A DNA stretch of 64,000 nt from Ereboglobus sp. (GCA_029974595.1 JARKRC010000063.1:149944-213943), one strand, 5' to 3'. Positions 29,882 through 39,975 are shown, counted from the stretch's first letter. Notes: generated by a model from the sequence alone, not told the origin. Translations and numbers: made by a program.

Positions 29882-30856
29882 ATGATCACCTCGCTCGTAT
29901 ATCGCGACAGCAAACTCTTCTCGCACAACCCGCCGCCGGAGACGCTGGGCGCTTTGCGCGAGGAGCCCGGCGTTCTCCTGTGGGTCGATCTCTCCGATCC
30001 CACCGACGATGAGATCAAGCTCATCCTTGACACGACGTTTCATTTCCACCCGCTCGCCATCGAGGACTGCGTGAGCGACGCGCCTTTCCCGAAGCTGGAA
30101 GTCCACGAGGACTGCCTGCACCTCGTCATGCACGCGGTGACCTACAGCGAGGAGCATCTTTTCAAGACGAGTGAAATAGACCTGTTTATCGGCAAGAATT
30201 TTCTCGTCTCGTTTCACCGGGCGCCTCTCCGGGTGATCGACCAGGTGCGCGAGCGTTTTTTCAAGTCTCCATCGACCGTCGTGCGCGGTCCCGACCGCTT
30301 CGCGCATACGATACTCGACGGCATGGTCGATGGTTACAAACCCTCGCTCGAATCGCTGCGCCTCCAGGTTGAGGAGGTCGCGCAACGCGTCATCCAGCGC
30401 ATCGACGCCAGCGAGCTGTTCCCGACGATTGTCGCGATCCGCAAGCAGCTCTCGCAACTGCGCCAGATCGTGCGCCCGCAGCGCGCCGTCGCGCACGAAC
30501 TCGCCCTGGGCAAAACCAAATACATCCGCAGCCTGATGCTGCCCTATTTGCGCGATCTCGGGGAGGAGCTCGACCGCATCGAGGCGCAGGCCGCGTCGTT
30601 GTCCGACAACCTGATCCTGTCGTTCCGCATTTTTCTCAACAAGTCCAACAACGAGGCGAACTCCGGCATCCGCGTGATGACGGCGATCACCGCGCTCACG
30701 TTTCCGCCGCTCCTCGTCGGCGGCTGGTATGGCATGAATTTTGTGGATTTCATGCCCGAGTTGAAATTCACCTACGGCTATCTGCTTGCCGCCGGGGTCA
30801 CCGTGTTTGGCTTTTTGGGAACCTTGCTGCTCATGCGTTATAAAAAATGGATTTGA
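29882..30856 (+). CDS. corA: magnesium/cobalt transporter CorA (paralog 2)
   Basis: YGMNFVDFMPEL motif and the same architecture as paralog 1. Start set at ATG 29882. Confidence 0.88.
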   Translation: MITSLVYRDSKLFSHNPPPETLGALREEPGVLLWVDLSDPTDDEIKLILDTTFHFHPLAIEDCVSDAPFPKLEVHEDCLHLVMHAVTYSEEHLFKTSEIDLFIGKNFLVSFHRAPLRVIDQVRERFFKSPSTVVRGPDRFAHTILDGMVDGYKPSLESLRLQVEEVAQRVIQRIDASELFPTIVAIRKQLSQLRQIVRPQRAVAHELALGKTKYIRSLMLPYLRDLGEELDRIEAQAASLSDNLILSFRIFLNKSNNEANSGIRVMTAITALTFPPLLVGGWYGMNFVDFMPELKFTYGYLLAAGVTVFGFLGTLLLMRYKKWI

Positions 30857-30948
30857 ACGGAGCCGGTGGCGATAATTGCCGCCGGGCGCGCATTCCAATG
30901 CATCCTTTTCCCAAAAGCAGAGTCAAACATGGCAACACCGCACGCCAC

Positions 30949-32310
30949 ATGAAAACGCCAATCCGCATCGTTGTTCTGTGCCTCTTGCTCGCCTCCTCGC
31001 CCGCGTTCGCGCAAGCCGAGGCGCCTCCAAAACTCACCCCCGCCGAAGTCGAAACGCTGGTCGCCCCGGTCGCGCTCTATCCGGACGCGCTCATCGGCAT
31101 CATTCTGCCCGCCTCGACGAATGCGACCGACATCGTCCTTGCCGCGCGTTACCTCGAAAAAGGCGGGGACATCGGCCAGGCGGACAAACAGCCTTGGGAC
31201 GAAAGCGTGCGCTCCCTCGCGCATTATCCCGACGTGCTGAAATGGATGGATGAAAACCTCGAATGGACGCAGCAGCTCGGCGTGACTTTTCTCGCGCAAC
31301 CCGACGACGTGATGTCGGCGGTGCAACGCCTGCGCGCCCGCGCCGATGCGCTCGGCAACCTGCCCACGACCAGCCAGCTTACCGTCATCAAGGAAGACGG
31401 CTATATCCGCATCGTGCCGACCGTGGCCGAGACGATTTACGTGCCTTATTACGATCCGGACGTGATCTATGTCTCGCGCTTCCACTGGGGCTTTGGCCCG
31501 GCCTGGGTGAGCGGCCCGTGGCTCATGTATGACTGCAACTGGATCAGTCGCACCATTTGGATCGGCGCATGGAGGCCGGTTTATTTCCACCGTCCGGCGT
31601 GGAGATACGTTGACCGCCGTCCGCCTCCGCCGCGTGTTGTCGAGCGCCACACATGGCGTCCCAATCCGCATCGTCCCGGCCATCCGCATCCGGCACCGCG
31701 TCCGGGGCATATCGTGCGCCCGCGCCCGATTGCCGATTCGCTTGTCGCGAGGGCGGCGCCGTCTTCGCCGGCCCGGCCTTCGCAACGCCCGGGAAACAAT
31801 CTCACGGATGCGCGCCAGCATCCCGGCAAAAAAGGCGCGCAGCCCGCCGTCAGGCCGGGCGCGCAACAACGTCCTCCGCAGCCCAAAAACGCCGCGCCTC
31901 CACCGCAGGCGCGGACGCAGCGCGACGGCAATCCTGCAAAGCCGCCGCCCGCCGCCGCAAGCCGTCCGCCGCGCAATCCCAGGGCCGCCGACCAGGCTCC
32001 GCTGCCGGAACAACGCCAGTCGCGTGACATTTCGAAGGCACGAAATCCCCAGCCTGGTCGTCCCCAGCCTGCGCAGCCTCGCGAAAATACGCGACGAACC
32101 CCGCCGCCCGCGCCTCCGCCGCAAGCCTCCCGCGACAGCAGTTCCGAAACAAAAAGCTCCGCCAGCACGACCAAGGAGAGCCGGAGCGCCTCCGATTCCT
32201 CGTCTGCGAATCAGCAGAGCCAGTCGCGTTCTTCATCGCCTCCGGCTCAGCGCAATACACAGCCCTCGACGCCGCGCGAGTCGCGTTCGGGAAGGCCCGG
32301 CGCACGCTGA
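30949..32310 (+). CDS. DUF3300-like secreted protein with a Pro/Arg/Gln-rich tail
   Basis: Signal peptide, then a DUF3300-type core (LVAPVALYPDALIGIILPAS...HYPDVLKWMDENLEWT). The C-terminal ~230 aa are low complexity. Confidence 0.7.
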   Translation: MKTPIRIVVLCLLLASSPAFAQAEAPPKLTPAEVETLVAPVALYPDALIGIILPASTNATDIVLAARYLEKGGDIGQADKQPWDESVRSLAHYPDVLKWMDENLEWTQQLGVTFLAQPDDVMSAVQRLRARADALGNLPTTSQLTVIKEDGYIRIVPTVAETIYVPYYDPDVIYVSRFHWGFGPAWVSGPWLMYDCNWISRTIWIGAWRPVYFHRPAWRYVDRRPPPPRVVERHTWRPNPHRPGHPHPAPRPGHIVRPRPIADSLVARAAPSSPARPSQRPGNNLTDARQHPGKKGAQPAVRPGAQQRPPQPKNAAPPPQARTQRDGNPAKPPPAAASRPPRNPRAADQAPLPEQRQSRDISKARNPQPGRPQPAQPRENTRRTPPPAPPPQASRDSSSETKSSASTTKESRSASDSSSANQQSQSRSSSPPAQRNTQPSTPRESRSGRPGAR

Positions 32311-32391
32311 GGACGGCGGATCTTGCTGCGGCAGCCGCGGCGCCTCACCTTACGGCTTTTCAAAGGGCCGGATTTGCGCTGCTTGTTTGTC

Positions 32392-33195
32392 ATGTCCGAA
32401 AACGCAGCACCCGGTCCCGCCGACGCCGGCCACGAAATCCGCACGTATTTTGTGCGCAATCGCAACGCGCTTGTCGCGCGCGGCATGTTCGGCGAACTCT
32501 ATGTCGATTATTTCCTGCACGTCGGCGCGCAGAAGTTGCGCGTCGAGCCGGAACACGCGGAAATGTTCAAGCGCGCGCTCGCCGGCTTTGCGCTTCAGCT
32601 GGCGTCGCGCCCGTGGAATGAGATGACGGCGTGGACAATCCATTTTCAGCAGCCCCTGCTGAATCTTTTTCTTGCCGGCGACAACGAAACCGGGGCGATT
32701 GCGGGGCGTGTGTTCACCGAGGATGTGAAGGATATGCAGGGCAATTTGCTTTACGCCGACACCGTCGTCCCCGGGCAGCCCAAGCGGCGCAGCGCCGTCG
32801 ATTTCGAAGGCTCCGACCCGCTTGCCGGGATCGAAAAATTCCATGCCCAAAGCGAGCAGCGCCCTGCGCGCTTTTTCCAGCTCGGCGAGGAGGATTTTGT
32901 GATGGTTGCCGAGCATCCGGATTGCGACAAGGCGTGGTTCGACGCGCTCACCGCGGAGGCGGCGCGCACGCTCGATCAAAGCGAAACGCTCGCGCTTCTC
33001 GAACGCCGCATCTACCGGTGGCATTGCGGCTGCAACCAGCGGCGCATGATGGAGGTGCTCCTGCCCGTGATGACGCGCGATCCCGAAGGACTTTTCGGCG
33101 GCGCGGAAAAAATCGAGATGCGCTGCCCGCGCTGCGGCGCGCGTCACATCGTCACGCGCGAGGCGATGGAGGCGTTTGTCTCCGGAAAAAAATGA
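32392..33195 (+). CDS. hslO: Hsp33-family redox chaperone
   Basis: C-terminal zinc centre CGC...CPRC (RWHCGCNQRR...MRCPRCGARH), characteristic of Hsp33. Confidence 0.8.
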   Translation: MSENAAPGPADAGHEIRTYFVRNRNALVARGMFGELYVDYFLHVGAQKLRVEPEHAEMFKRALAGFALQLASRPWNEMTAWTIHFQQPLLNLFLAGDNETGAIAGRVFTEDVKDMQGNLLYADTVVPGQPKRRSAVDFEGSDPLAGIEKFHAQSEQRPARFFQLGEEDFVMVAEHPDCDKAWFDALTAEAARTLDQSETLALLERRIYRWHCGCNQRRMMEVLLPVMTRDPEGLFGGAEKIEMRCPRCGARHIVTREAMEAFVSGKK

Positions 33196-33316
33196 CACGC
33201 GAGCCGTTCGCGTGAAATTTCCGGATGTTTTTTATGAAATCCGGCCCTTAAGCATTGAAATAGCGGGCGATGATGTTTTTATGGAGCACCTCGGAGCCCT
33301 CAAATAGCTTTTAGCC

Positions 33317-34366
33317 ATGAAAAATACAACCCTCCTCCTAACCCTTACCCTCACGCTTGCCAGCTTCTTTGCGACAGTCACCGGTTTCGCACAAGACGCG
33401 GACGGAGCATTCAAGGAATATAAAAAACTCCGCGACGACAGGGAGACCAAGCCGAACCCGGCCCATAGCCAGAGAATCTCCGATGCGGGTACGACATTTC
33501 TCGCCGAATACGCGTCCGATACGAGAAGAGCCAGGCAGGTCGTCAACGAATTGCTCAGCTACGGCACGAACAATCTCTCCAAAGACAAGATATTGCGCGC
33601 CGACTGGTACGCGAAGCTGAATTATGCCGTTGTCGACAAGCAGTACTCGGCGCGCGACGACAAGACCAAGGCCGCCTTCGCCGCCCTTGCCGCCGCCATC
33701 GCGGAGGGCGAGGTCCTCGACAATGTGAGCAGTGGCCAGGCCCTCAGTTCGTGGCGTGCAAAGATCGACACCCTTGCGGGCATGCCCGAATCGCAACCCT
33801 ACATTCTCGATCGCGAAAAGGGTTTCTACGCCGTCATGAGCAGGGCGAGGGGGCCCAACGCGCAAAAGATTGCGGAATTGCAGATCAACGAACTTTCGAA
33901 GAGCAAAGACAGGGATACGGCCAACTGGGCCAAACAGGAAATCAAGCTGAGCGAACTCCGCAAGACGCCGATCAGCTTTGCGTTTACCACGCTTGATGGA
34001 AAGGAATTCGATCTGGCCAAGCGCAAAGGCACCCCGGCCTTGTATGTGTATTTCTGGAAAACGAACTCCAAAAATGTCGTGGGCGAACTCGATAAGCTCA
34101 TGTACACCTATTATGATTTTGGCCGCAAGCAGGTTGAGTTCGTGGTGTTCTGCTATGACGCGGAGGACAAGCGCGCCGAGGTGCTGGCCACCGTGAAAAA
34201 AGCGAAGGTCAAATGCCCGGTCTATTTCGACGGCGCAGGCGCCAAGGGCGAACTCTACCAAAAGCTGGTCGTCACCGGCGACCTGACCGGACATCTTTTC
34301 AACAACAAGGGCGAGCTCATCCAAACCAATGTCAAGCCGGGTGATCTGAAGCGGTTCATCAAATAA
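33317..34366 (+). CDS. secreted thioredoxin-fold (TlpA-like) protein lacking CXXC
   Basis: Signal peptide MKNTTLLLTLTLTLASFFA. The C-terminal segment (ALYVYFWKTNSKNVVGEL...VEFVVFCYD) looks like a thioredoxin fold but has no redox cysteines. Confidence 0.55.
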   Translation: MKNTTLLLTLTLTLASFFATVTGFAQDADGAFKEYKKLRDDRETKPNPAHSQRISDAGTTFLAEYASDTRRARQVVNELLSYGTNNLSKDKILRADWYAKLNYAVVDKQYSARDDKTKAAFAALAAAIAEGEVLDNVSSGQALSSWRAKIDTLAGMPESQPYILDREKGFYAVMSRARGPNAQKIAELQINELSKSKDRDTANWAKQEIKLSELRKTPISFAFTTLDGKEFDLAKRKGTPALYVYFWKTNSKNVVGELDKLMYTYYDFGRKQVEFVVFCYDAEDKRAEVLATVKKAKVKCPVYFDGAGAKGELYQKLVVTGDLTGHLFNNKGELIQTNVKPGDLKRFIK

Positions 34367-34405
34367 CGGCGGCGCCCGCTGATATTCGCCACGCCTTCAA
34401 TTCAA

Positions 34406-34437
34406 ACACGCCGCGGAACCGCGGCGTGTTTTCATTT
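34406..34437 (+). terminator. rho-independent terminator
   Basis: aacacgccgcgg-aa-ccgcggcgtgtt followed by ttcatttt. It lies between convergent genes. Confidence 0.7.
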
Positions 34438-34440
34438 TGC

Positions 34441-35475
34441 TCACAGCAACCCGACTGTCTCCTCGAAGCCGCACCAGAGATTCATGATTTGCACGGCCTG
34501 GCCGCTGGCGCCTTTCACGAGATTGTCCACGACCGACGTGATCACGAAATTCCCCGTGCGCGAGTCGAGCACGGCGGACATGTCCACGCGATTCGTTCCG
34601 GTGACATGCGCGGTGTCCGGCGTTTCGCCGGAAGGCAGCACCTGCACGAAGGGGCGGCCTTCGTAGGTCGATTTCCACGCGGCGTAAAGCATGTCGATCG
34701 TCGCGCCGGGGGCGGCGGGCACGGTGATCGTTGTCGCGATGCCGCGGCGCATCGGCGCGAGGTGCGGATTGAACTGGATGACGATGCACCGGCCACCGGC
34801 GTTTGCCGAAAGCTGTTCCTCGATTTCCGCGAGGTGGCGGTGTTTCGTGAGACCGTAGGCCTTGATGCTCTCGGCGCGCTCGACGTAGAGATACATTTCT
34901 TCGGCTTTTTTGCCCGCGCCGCTCACGCCGCTGTAGGAATTCACGACGATGTGTTCGCGGCTGATGATGTTGCCGGCGCGCACGAGAGGCACGAGCGGCG
35001 TGAGAACGCTTGTCGGATAGCAGCCGGGCGCGGCGATCAGCGCCGCCTCGGTTTTCCATGCGGGCGGCGTGAGCTCGGGATGCACGAAGCGCGCCTTCGG
35101 GAGCAGCTCCGGCGCGTGGTGTTTGCCGTAGTATTTTTCATACACGGCGAGATCGGCGATGCGGAAATCGGCGCTCAGGTCGATCACGCGTTTGCCGGCG
35201 GGCACGAGCACTTTTGCGAACTCGGCCGCGGCGCCGTGCGGAAGCGCGAGAAAGAATAAATCGATGTCGCTCGCGGCGAGCGCGGAGGCGTCGGAATCGA
35301 CAAACGTGAGCCCGCGATCCTGCCCGCGCAGCGAGGGCGCCACCAGCGAGAGGGGCTTTCCTGCCTGCGAGCGCGATGTCACGGCGGCGAGCGTGACGCG
35401 CGGATGCGCAAGGAGCAGTTTCAACAACTGCTCGCCCGAATAACCCGATGCTCCAATGACTCCGACTTTTAACAT
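34441..35475 (-). CDS. argC: N-acetyl-gamma-glutamyl-phosphate reductase
   Basis: N-terminus MLKVGVIGASGYSGEQLL and the catalytic Cys segment APGCYPTS. Confidence 0.95.
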   Translation of the reverse strand: MLKVGVIGASGYSGEQLLKLLLAHPRVTLAAVTSRSQAGKPLSLVAPSLRGQDRGLTFVDSDASALAASDIDLFFLALPHGAAAEFAKVLVPAGKRVIDLSADFRIADLAVYEKYYGKHHAPELLPKARFVHPELTPPAWKTEAALIAAPGCYPTSVLTPLVPLVRAGNIISREHIVVNSYSGVSGAGKKAEEMYLYVERAESIKAYGLTKHRHLAEIEEQLSANAGGRCIVIQFNPHLAPMRRGIATTITVPAAPGATIDMLYAAWKSTYEGRPFVQVLPSGETPDTAHVTGTNRVDMSAVLDSRTGNFVITSVVDNLVKGASGQAVQIMNLWCGFEETVGLL

Positions 35476-35528
35476 AGGGCCGCGATCTTCAGTCCGATTT
35501 TTCGGCGGCGCGAGTGATTTTTTACGTG

Positions 35529-36506
35529 TCAGGGGATGAGCACCGTCGAACCGGTGGTCTGGCGGGATTGCAGCGCGGTGTGCGCGGCGGCGGCTTCCGC
35601 AAGCGGGAAACGGCGGCCTATCTCAACGCGAATCCTCCCGTTGGCCATGAGCGCGAAAAGCTCATCGCTCATCTGCGCGAGACGTTCGGGCGTGTTTGCG
35701 TAGTGAAAAAGCGTGGGCCGTGTCACATAGAGCGAGCCTTTTTGCGAGAGGATGCCGAGGTTCACGCCGGTGACGGGGCCGGAGGAATTGCCAAATGTCA
35801 CCATCAGGCCGCGCGGCGCGACGCAATCGAGCGAGCGTTCCCACGTATCCTTGCCGACGGAATCATAAACGACGGGGCACTTTTTGCCGCCGGTGAGTTC
35901 ATGCACGCGTTTCACAAAATCCTCGCGGCTCAGGTCGATGACTTCCCATGCGCCGTGGGCTTTCGCGAGCGCGGCCTTCGCGGCGTTGCCCGCAGTGCCG
36001 ATGAGTTTTACGCCGAGCGCCTTTGCCCACTGGCACGCGATCAGGCCCACGCCGCCCGCCGCCGCGTGAAAAAGGATCGTTTCGCCTCCGCGCAATGGGA
36101 ACGTCTGGCGCAGCAGATATTGCACCGTGAGACCCTTGAGCATCACGGCCGCGGCCTGTTCAAAACCGATGGCATCCGGCAGGCGCACGAGGGCGGTTTC
36201 GGGCACCGCGTGATACTCCGCATAAGCGCCGAGCGGCGCGGACGCATAGGCGACACGGTCGCCGGGTTTGAAACGGCTGACCTCCGCGCCAACCGCCTCG
36301 ACAACACCCGCGCCTTCGGAGCCAAGTCCGGAGGGCAGCGCGGGCACCGGGTAAAGTCCGCTGCGGTGGTAGGTGTCGATGAAGTTCAACCCGACGGCGT
36401 GGTTTCGGACGAGGACATCGCGCATTCCGGGCACGGGCAGGGAACAGTCGCGATATTGCAAAACATCCGGTCCGCCGCAGGAAGAAAATTGGATGCGTTT
36501 TGGCAT
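35529..36506 (-). CDS. qor: NADPH:quinone oxidoreductase (zeta-crystallin family)
   Basis: MDR family (GLNFIDTYHRSGLYP, AAAGGVGL). Confidence 0.88.
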   Translation of the reverse strand: MPKRIQFSSCGGPDVLQYRDCSLPVPGMRDVLVRNHAVGLNFIDTYHRSGLYPVPALPSGLGSEGAGVVEAVGAEVSRFKPGDRVAYASAPLGAYAEYHAVPETALVRLPDAIGFEQAAAVMLKGLTVQYLLRQTFPLRGGETILFHAAAGGVGLIACQWAKALGVKLIGTAGNAAKAALAKAHGAWEVIDLSREDFVKRVHELTGGKKCPVVYDSVGKDTWERSLDCVAPRGLMVTFGNSSGPVTGVNLGILSQKGSLYVTRPTLFHYANTPERLAQMSDELFALMANGRIRVEIGRRFPLAEAAAAHTALQSRQTTGSTVLIP

Positions 36507-36532
36507 GGTGTGTGTGATGCGTGTTTGGCGCG

Positions 36533-36919
36533 TTATTTTCCGTGAGGCTTTTGTATCAGCTCCACCTCGTAGCCCTCGGGCGCGTCGATGAAGGCGATCA
36601 GGTCGCCGCTGCTCGTCGTGTGCGGGCCATCGCTCAGCGCGATGCCTTTTTCCTGAAGCGCGGCGGCGACGGCGGCGAGGTTGTCCACTTGAAACGCGAG
36701 GTGCATCAAATCGGGCTGCACACTGACCGGCTCGGCGTTGGGCAACTGGCAGAGCTCGATCTCTTCCTCGCTGCCGGGCGTTTGAAGAAAAACGAGGCGC
36801 GCGCCGCGCGGCGACACGCTGTCGCGCGCGACCTTGAGGCCGAGCACGCCGGTGTAAAAGCGGACTGTTTTTTCAATGTCGTTCACGCGCATGCGCGTGT
36901 GGAGAAGTTTTTTGACCAT
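36533..36919 (-). CDS. glyoxalase I / VOC family protein
   Basis: HTRMRVNDIEKTVRFYTGVLGL, 128 aa, VOC fold. Confidence 0.8.
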   Translation of the reverse strand: MVKKLLHTRMRVNDIEKTVRFYTGVLGLKVARDSVSPRGARLVFLQTPGSEEEIELCQLPNAEPVSVQPDLMHLAFQVDNLAAVAAALQEKGIALSDGPHTTSSGDLIAFIDAPEGYEVELIQKPHGK

Positions 36920-36920
36920 A

Positions 36921-37871
36921 ATGCAGACGCAGCATGCCGCGCTTGCCTTGAAAAAGCAAATAAAGGTAGCGCAGGCATTCCCGTTTGTGCCAGTTTTCCG
37001 TCGCGTGCCTCCTGAAAAAACAGCAACCGCCAGTCCTCGTTACGTCGGACGCCTCGCGCCGTCGCCGACGGGATATTTGCACCTCGGGCATGCGCGCACG
37101 TTTTGGTTTGTCTCGGAGCGGGCGAGGGCGGCGGGCGGCAGGCTTTTGATGCGCAACGACGATCTCGACCGCTCCCGTTGCAGGCCGGAGTTTGTGGCGG
37201 CGATGATCGAGGATTTGCGCTGGCTAGGACTTTCGTGGGAGGAACCCGTGTATTCGCAAAGCGGACGCCTGGCGGTTTATCGCGGGGCGCTGGAGCGCCT
37301 GCACGCGGCGGGATTGATCTATCCCTGCAATCGTTCGCGGCGCGATGTGGCCGAGGCGGCCGGCGCGCCGCATGAAAACGACCCGCAAAACGACGAACCG
37401 ATTTTTCCCCGCGAGTGGCGCCCTCCGGCGGATGCCGCGATTCCCTCGCTTCCGCCGCGCGGCGAGCCGGTCAGGATAAACTGGCGCTTCCGCGTGCCGG
37501 ACGGAGAGAAGGTGGTGTTTTCGGACAACGCCCTCGGCCCGCAACGCGCGCTGTGCGGGCGCGATTTCGGCGACTTCCTCGTGTGGCGTCGCGACGACAT
37601 GCCGAGCTACCAGCTCGCGTGCGCCGTGGACGACGCTGCGATGGGCATCACCGAAGTCGTGCGCGGCGCGGATTTGGTGCGCTCGACATTCCGGCAGATT
37701 CTGGTGCTGCGCGCGCTTGGCGCGCCGGCGCCGCAATATTTTCATTGCCCGCTGATGACCGATGAGAACGGCCAGCGTCTCGCGAAACGCCACGATGCGC
37801 TTGCGCTGCGCACGCTCCGGTCGCGCGGCGTGTGCGTGGAGGATTTGCTCGCGCAGTTCGGACGGCCGTGA
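36921..37871 (+). CDS. gluQ: glutamyl-Q tRNA(Asp) synthetase
   Basis: Class I HIGH region (PSPTGYLHLGHA). It is a short GluRS-like catalytic domain without an anticodon-binding domain. The start is uncertain. Confidence 0.8.
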   Translation: MQTQHAALALKKQIKVAQAFPFVPVFRRVPPEKTATASPRYVGRLAPSPTGYLHLGHARTFWFVSERARAAGGRLLMRNDDLDRSRCRPEFVAAMIEDLRWLGLSWEEPVYSQSGRLAVYRGALERLHAAGLIYPCNRSRRDVAEAAGAPHENDPQNDEPIFPREWRPPADAAIPSLPPRGEPVRINWRFRVPDGEKVVFSDNALGPQRALCGRDFGDFLVWRRDDMPSYQLACAVDDAAMGITEVVRGADLVRSTFRQILVLRALGAPAPQYFHCPLMTDENGQRLAKRHDALALRTLRSRGVCVEDLLAQFGRP

Positions 37872-37887
37872 GCGACGCGCTCAATAG

Positions 37888-39261
37888 CTAGCGCAGCATG
37901 ATGAGATATGCGACGGAGAAATAAATGATCAGGCCGGTCACGTCCACGAGTGTCGCTACGAAAGGCGCGCTTGATGCGGCGGGATCGAAGCCCGCTTTTT
38001 TCATGAGCAACGGGAGCATCGATCCGGCGAGCGAACCCCAGAGAACGATGCCGATGAGCGCGATGCCGACAGTGCCTGCGAGCAGTATGTGATGCGCCCC
38101 ATAATCAAAGCCGAGCCCCGCCCATATCTCGATGCGCAGGAAGCCCACCGTGCCGAGCACCACGCCGAGCGCGAGGCCCATGATGATTTCGCGCCGCATG
38201 ACGCGCCACCAGTCGCGAAGCTTGAACTCGCCGAGCGCAAGCGAGCGGATGACGAGCGTGGCGGCCTGCGAGCCGGCGTTGCCGCCGGCACTGATCACGA
38301 GCGGCACGAAAAGCGCGAGCACGATCACCCTTTCGATTTCATTTTGAAAGAATCCCATCGCCGTGGCGGTGAACATCTCGCCGATGAAGAGTGCCATCAG
38401 CCAGCCCGCGCGTTTGCGAAACATGCGCGAGAGGGAAATCGTCGTGTAGGGTTCGTCGAGCGCTTCACTGCCACCGAGTTTTTGGATGTCCTCGGTCGCT
38501 TCCTCCGCGGCGACATCGAGCATGTCGTCAACCGTGACGATGCCGATGATTCGTTTCGCATCGTCGGTGACGGGGAGCGCGATACGGTCGTATTTGCGAA
38601 AGATGCCGAGTGCGGTTTCGCGGTCGTCGGTGGGGGAGAGGTGCGCGTAGTTGCCGTCGAGAAGCGCGCTTACGGGCGTCTCGGGCGGGGAAATGAGGAA
38701 GCGGCGCACGCGCACGTCGTCGATGAGCCGACCCTGTTCATCGACGGCGTAAATGATGTTCAGCGTTTCGCGATCGTAGCCGTGGCTGCGGATGAAGTCC
38801 AGCGACTCGCGCACCGTCCACTCGGGGCGCACGGCGACGAAATCGAGCGTCATCATGCGCCCCACGCTGTTTTCCGGGTAGGCGAGGAGGGTTTGGGTGA
38901 CCTGGCGTTCCTCTGGCGAAAGCAGCGCGATCATCTGCGCGGCGACATCGGGAGGGAGCTCGTCGAGAAACGCCGTGCGGTCGTCGGGAGCGAGCGCGTT
39001 GAGCAGCGCGCCGGCCTGGCTTGTGTGGAGCAGGCGGAGCAGTTTTTTTTGCGCGCCGGATTGCAGATAGGCGAACGTGGATGCTGCGATTTCTTCGGTA
39101 GTGTGGCGGAAGAGCGCGGCGAGTTCCTCGACGGGCAGCTCGGCCAGGATGGGTGCGAGGTCAAGCGGAAGCCAGTGTTCGAAGAGCTTTTTGACCGTGG
39201 CGAAATCCTTGCGGTTGATGGCCGCCGAGAGATCGTTTTTATAATGTGGCTGCGCAAGCAT
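37888..39261 (-). CDS. mgtE: magnesium transporter MgtE
   Basis: MgtE N-domain, a CBS pair, and a TM domain with SAGGNAGSQAATL. Start set at MLAQPHYKND; upstream ATGs are also possible. Confidence 0.9.
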   Translation of the reverse strand: MLAQPHYKNDLSAAINRKDFATVKKLFEHWLPLDLAPILAELPVEELAALFRHTTEEIAASTFAYLQSGAQKKLLRLLHTSQAGALLNALAPDDRTAFLDELPPDVAAQMIALLSPEERQVTQTLLAYPENSVGRMMTLDFVAVRPEWTVRESLDFIRSHGYDRETLNIIYAVDEQGRLIDDVRVRRFLISPPETPVSALLDGNYAHLSPTDDRETALGIFRKYDRIALPVTDDAKRIIGIVTVDDMLDVAAEEATEDIQKLGGSEALDEPYTTISLSRMFRKRAGWLMALFIGEMFTATAMGFFQNEIERVIVLALFVPLVISAGGNAGSQAATLVIRSLALGEFKLRDWWRVMRREIIMGLALGVVLGTVGFLRIEIWAGLGFDYGAHHILLAGTVGIALIGIVLWGSLAGSMLPLLMKKAGFDPAASSAPFVATLVDVTGLIIYFSVAYLIMLR

Positions 39262-39515
39262 GCGAGAGCGACGGTTGTGGCTGGAAATTCTGGAGCCGCG
39301 AGCGAAGTCCGTCGGGCCGGTGTCTGCAAGCATGGAGCTGTTGTACCGCAAAGCCGGCGAATGCAGTAAGCATGAAAGGTAGGGTGGCACGGGCTTTCAT
39401 CCGGTGGATTTGGGTGGCATGGGTTGGATGGGTTGTGGCATCCGGTCCCCATGCATGATTTTTTGCCACATTTCATTTGACAGGACGTGTGACGGAGGGT
39501 GTTTTCACGCCTTTT

Positions 39516-39641
39516 ATGAAAGTCGTCTCCTCCATCAAATCCGCGAAGAAGCGTCACCCGGACTGCCAGGTTGTCCGTCGTCGTGGTAAGATTTACGTCA
39601 TCAACAAGACCGACCCGCGTTACAAAGCACGCCAGGGTTGA
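39516..39641 (+). CDS. rpmJ: 50S ribosomal protein L36, zinc-independent (type B) form
   Basis: A 41-aa ORF missing from the supplied track: [41 protein letters not shown]. It resembles the YkgO-type L36 and has only one Cys. Confidence 0.85.
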   Translation: MKVVSSIKSAKKRHPDCQVVRRRGKIYVINKTDPRYKARQG

Positions 39642-39673
39642 TCTCCTAAATATTTATTAAAGAACACACTACC

Positions 39674-39919
39674 GTGAAAGCCGAAGGCCATCCCACACTT
39701 AACAACGTTTGCTTCCTCGACGTCGCAACCGGCAAGCGTTTCCTCACCAAGTCCACCATGAAATCGGCCCGCAAGGAGAAGATCGATGGTCAGGACTATT
39801 TTGTCATCGTGCGCGACGTGACGATGGATTCGCATCCCGCCTACACCGGTGAGAAGCGCCTCGTGGACACCGCGGGACGCGTCGAGAAGTTCACCTCGAA
39901 GTTCCGCCGCAAGAAATAA
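39674..39919 (+). CDS. rpmE2: 50S ribosomal protein L31 type B
   Basis: MKAEGHPTLNNV...DSHPAYTGEKRLVDTAGRVEKFTSKF. It lacks the CxxC zinc motif. Confidence 0.9.
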   Translation: MKAEGHPTLNNVCFLDVATGKRFLTKSTMKSARKEKIDGQDYFVIVRDVTMDSHPAYTGEKRLVDTAGRVEKFTSKFRRKK

Positions 39920-39946
39920 GCGCGAGCCAAAACCAGCATTTTCGAG

Positions 39947-39975
39947 CCCTCTCCTCAAAACGGAGAGGGTTTTTT
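39947..39975 (+). terminator. rho-independent terminator
   Basis: ccctctcc-tcaaaac-ggagaggg followed by tttttt. It lies downstream of rpmE2. Confidence 0.85.

Noticed and set aside
39262-39515. M-box riboswitch in the mgtE leader, or a Zur box for the divergent L36B/L31B operon.
   Set aside because: I could not identify the conserved M-box helices or an AT-rich Zur-type palindrome by eye. A covariance-model scan would be needed before making either call.
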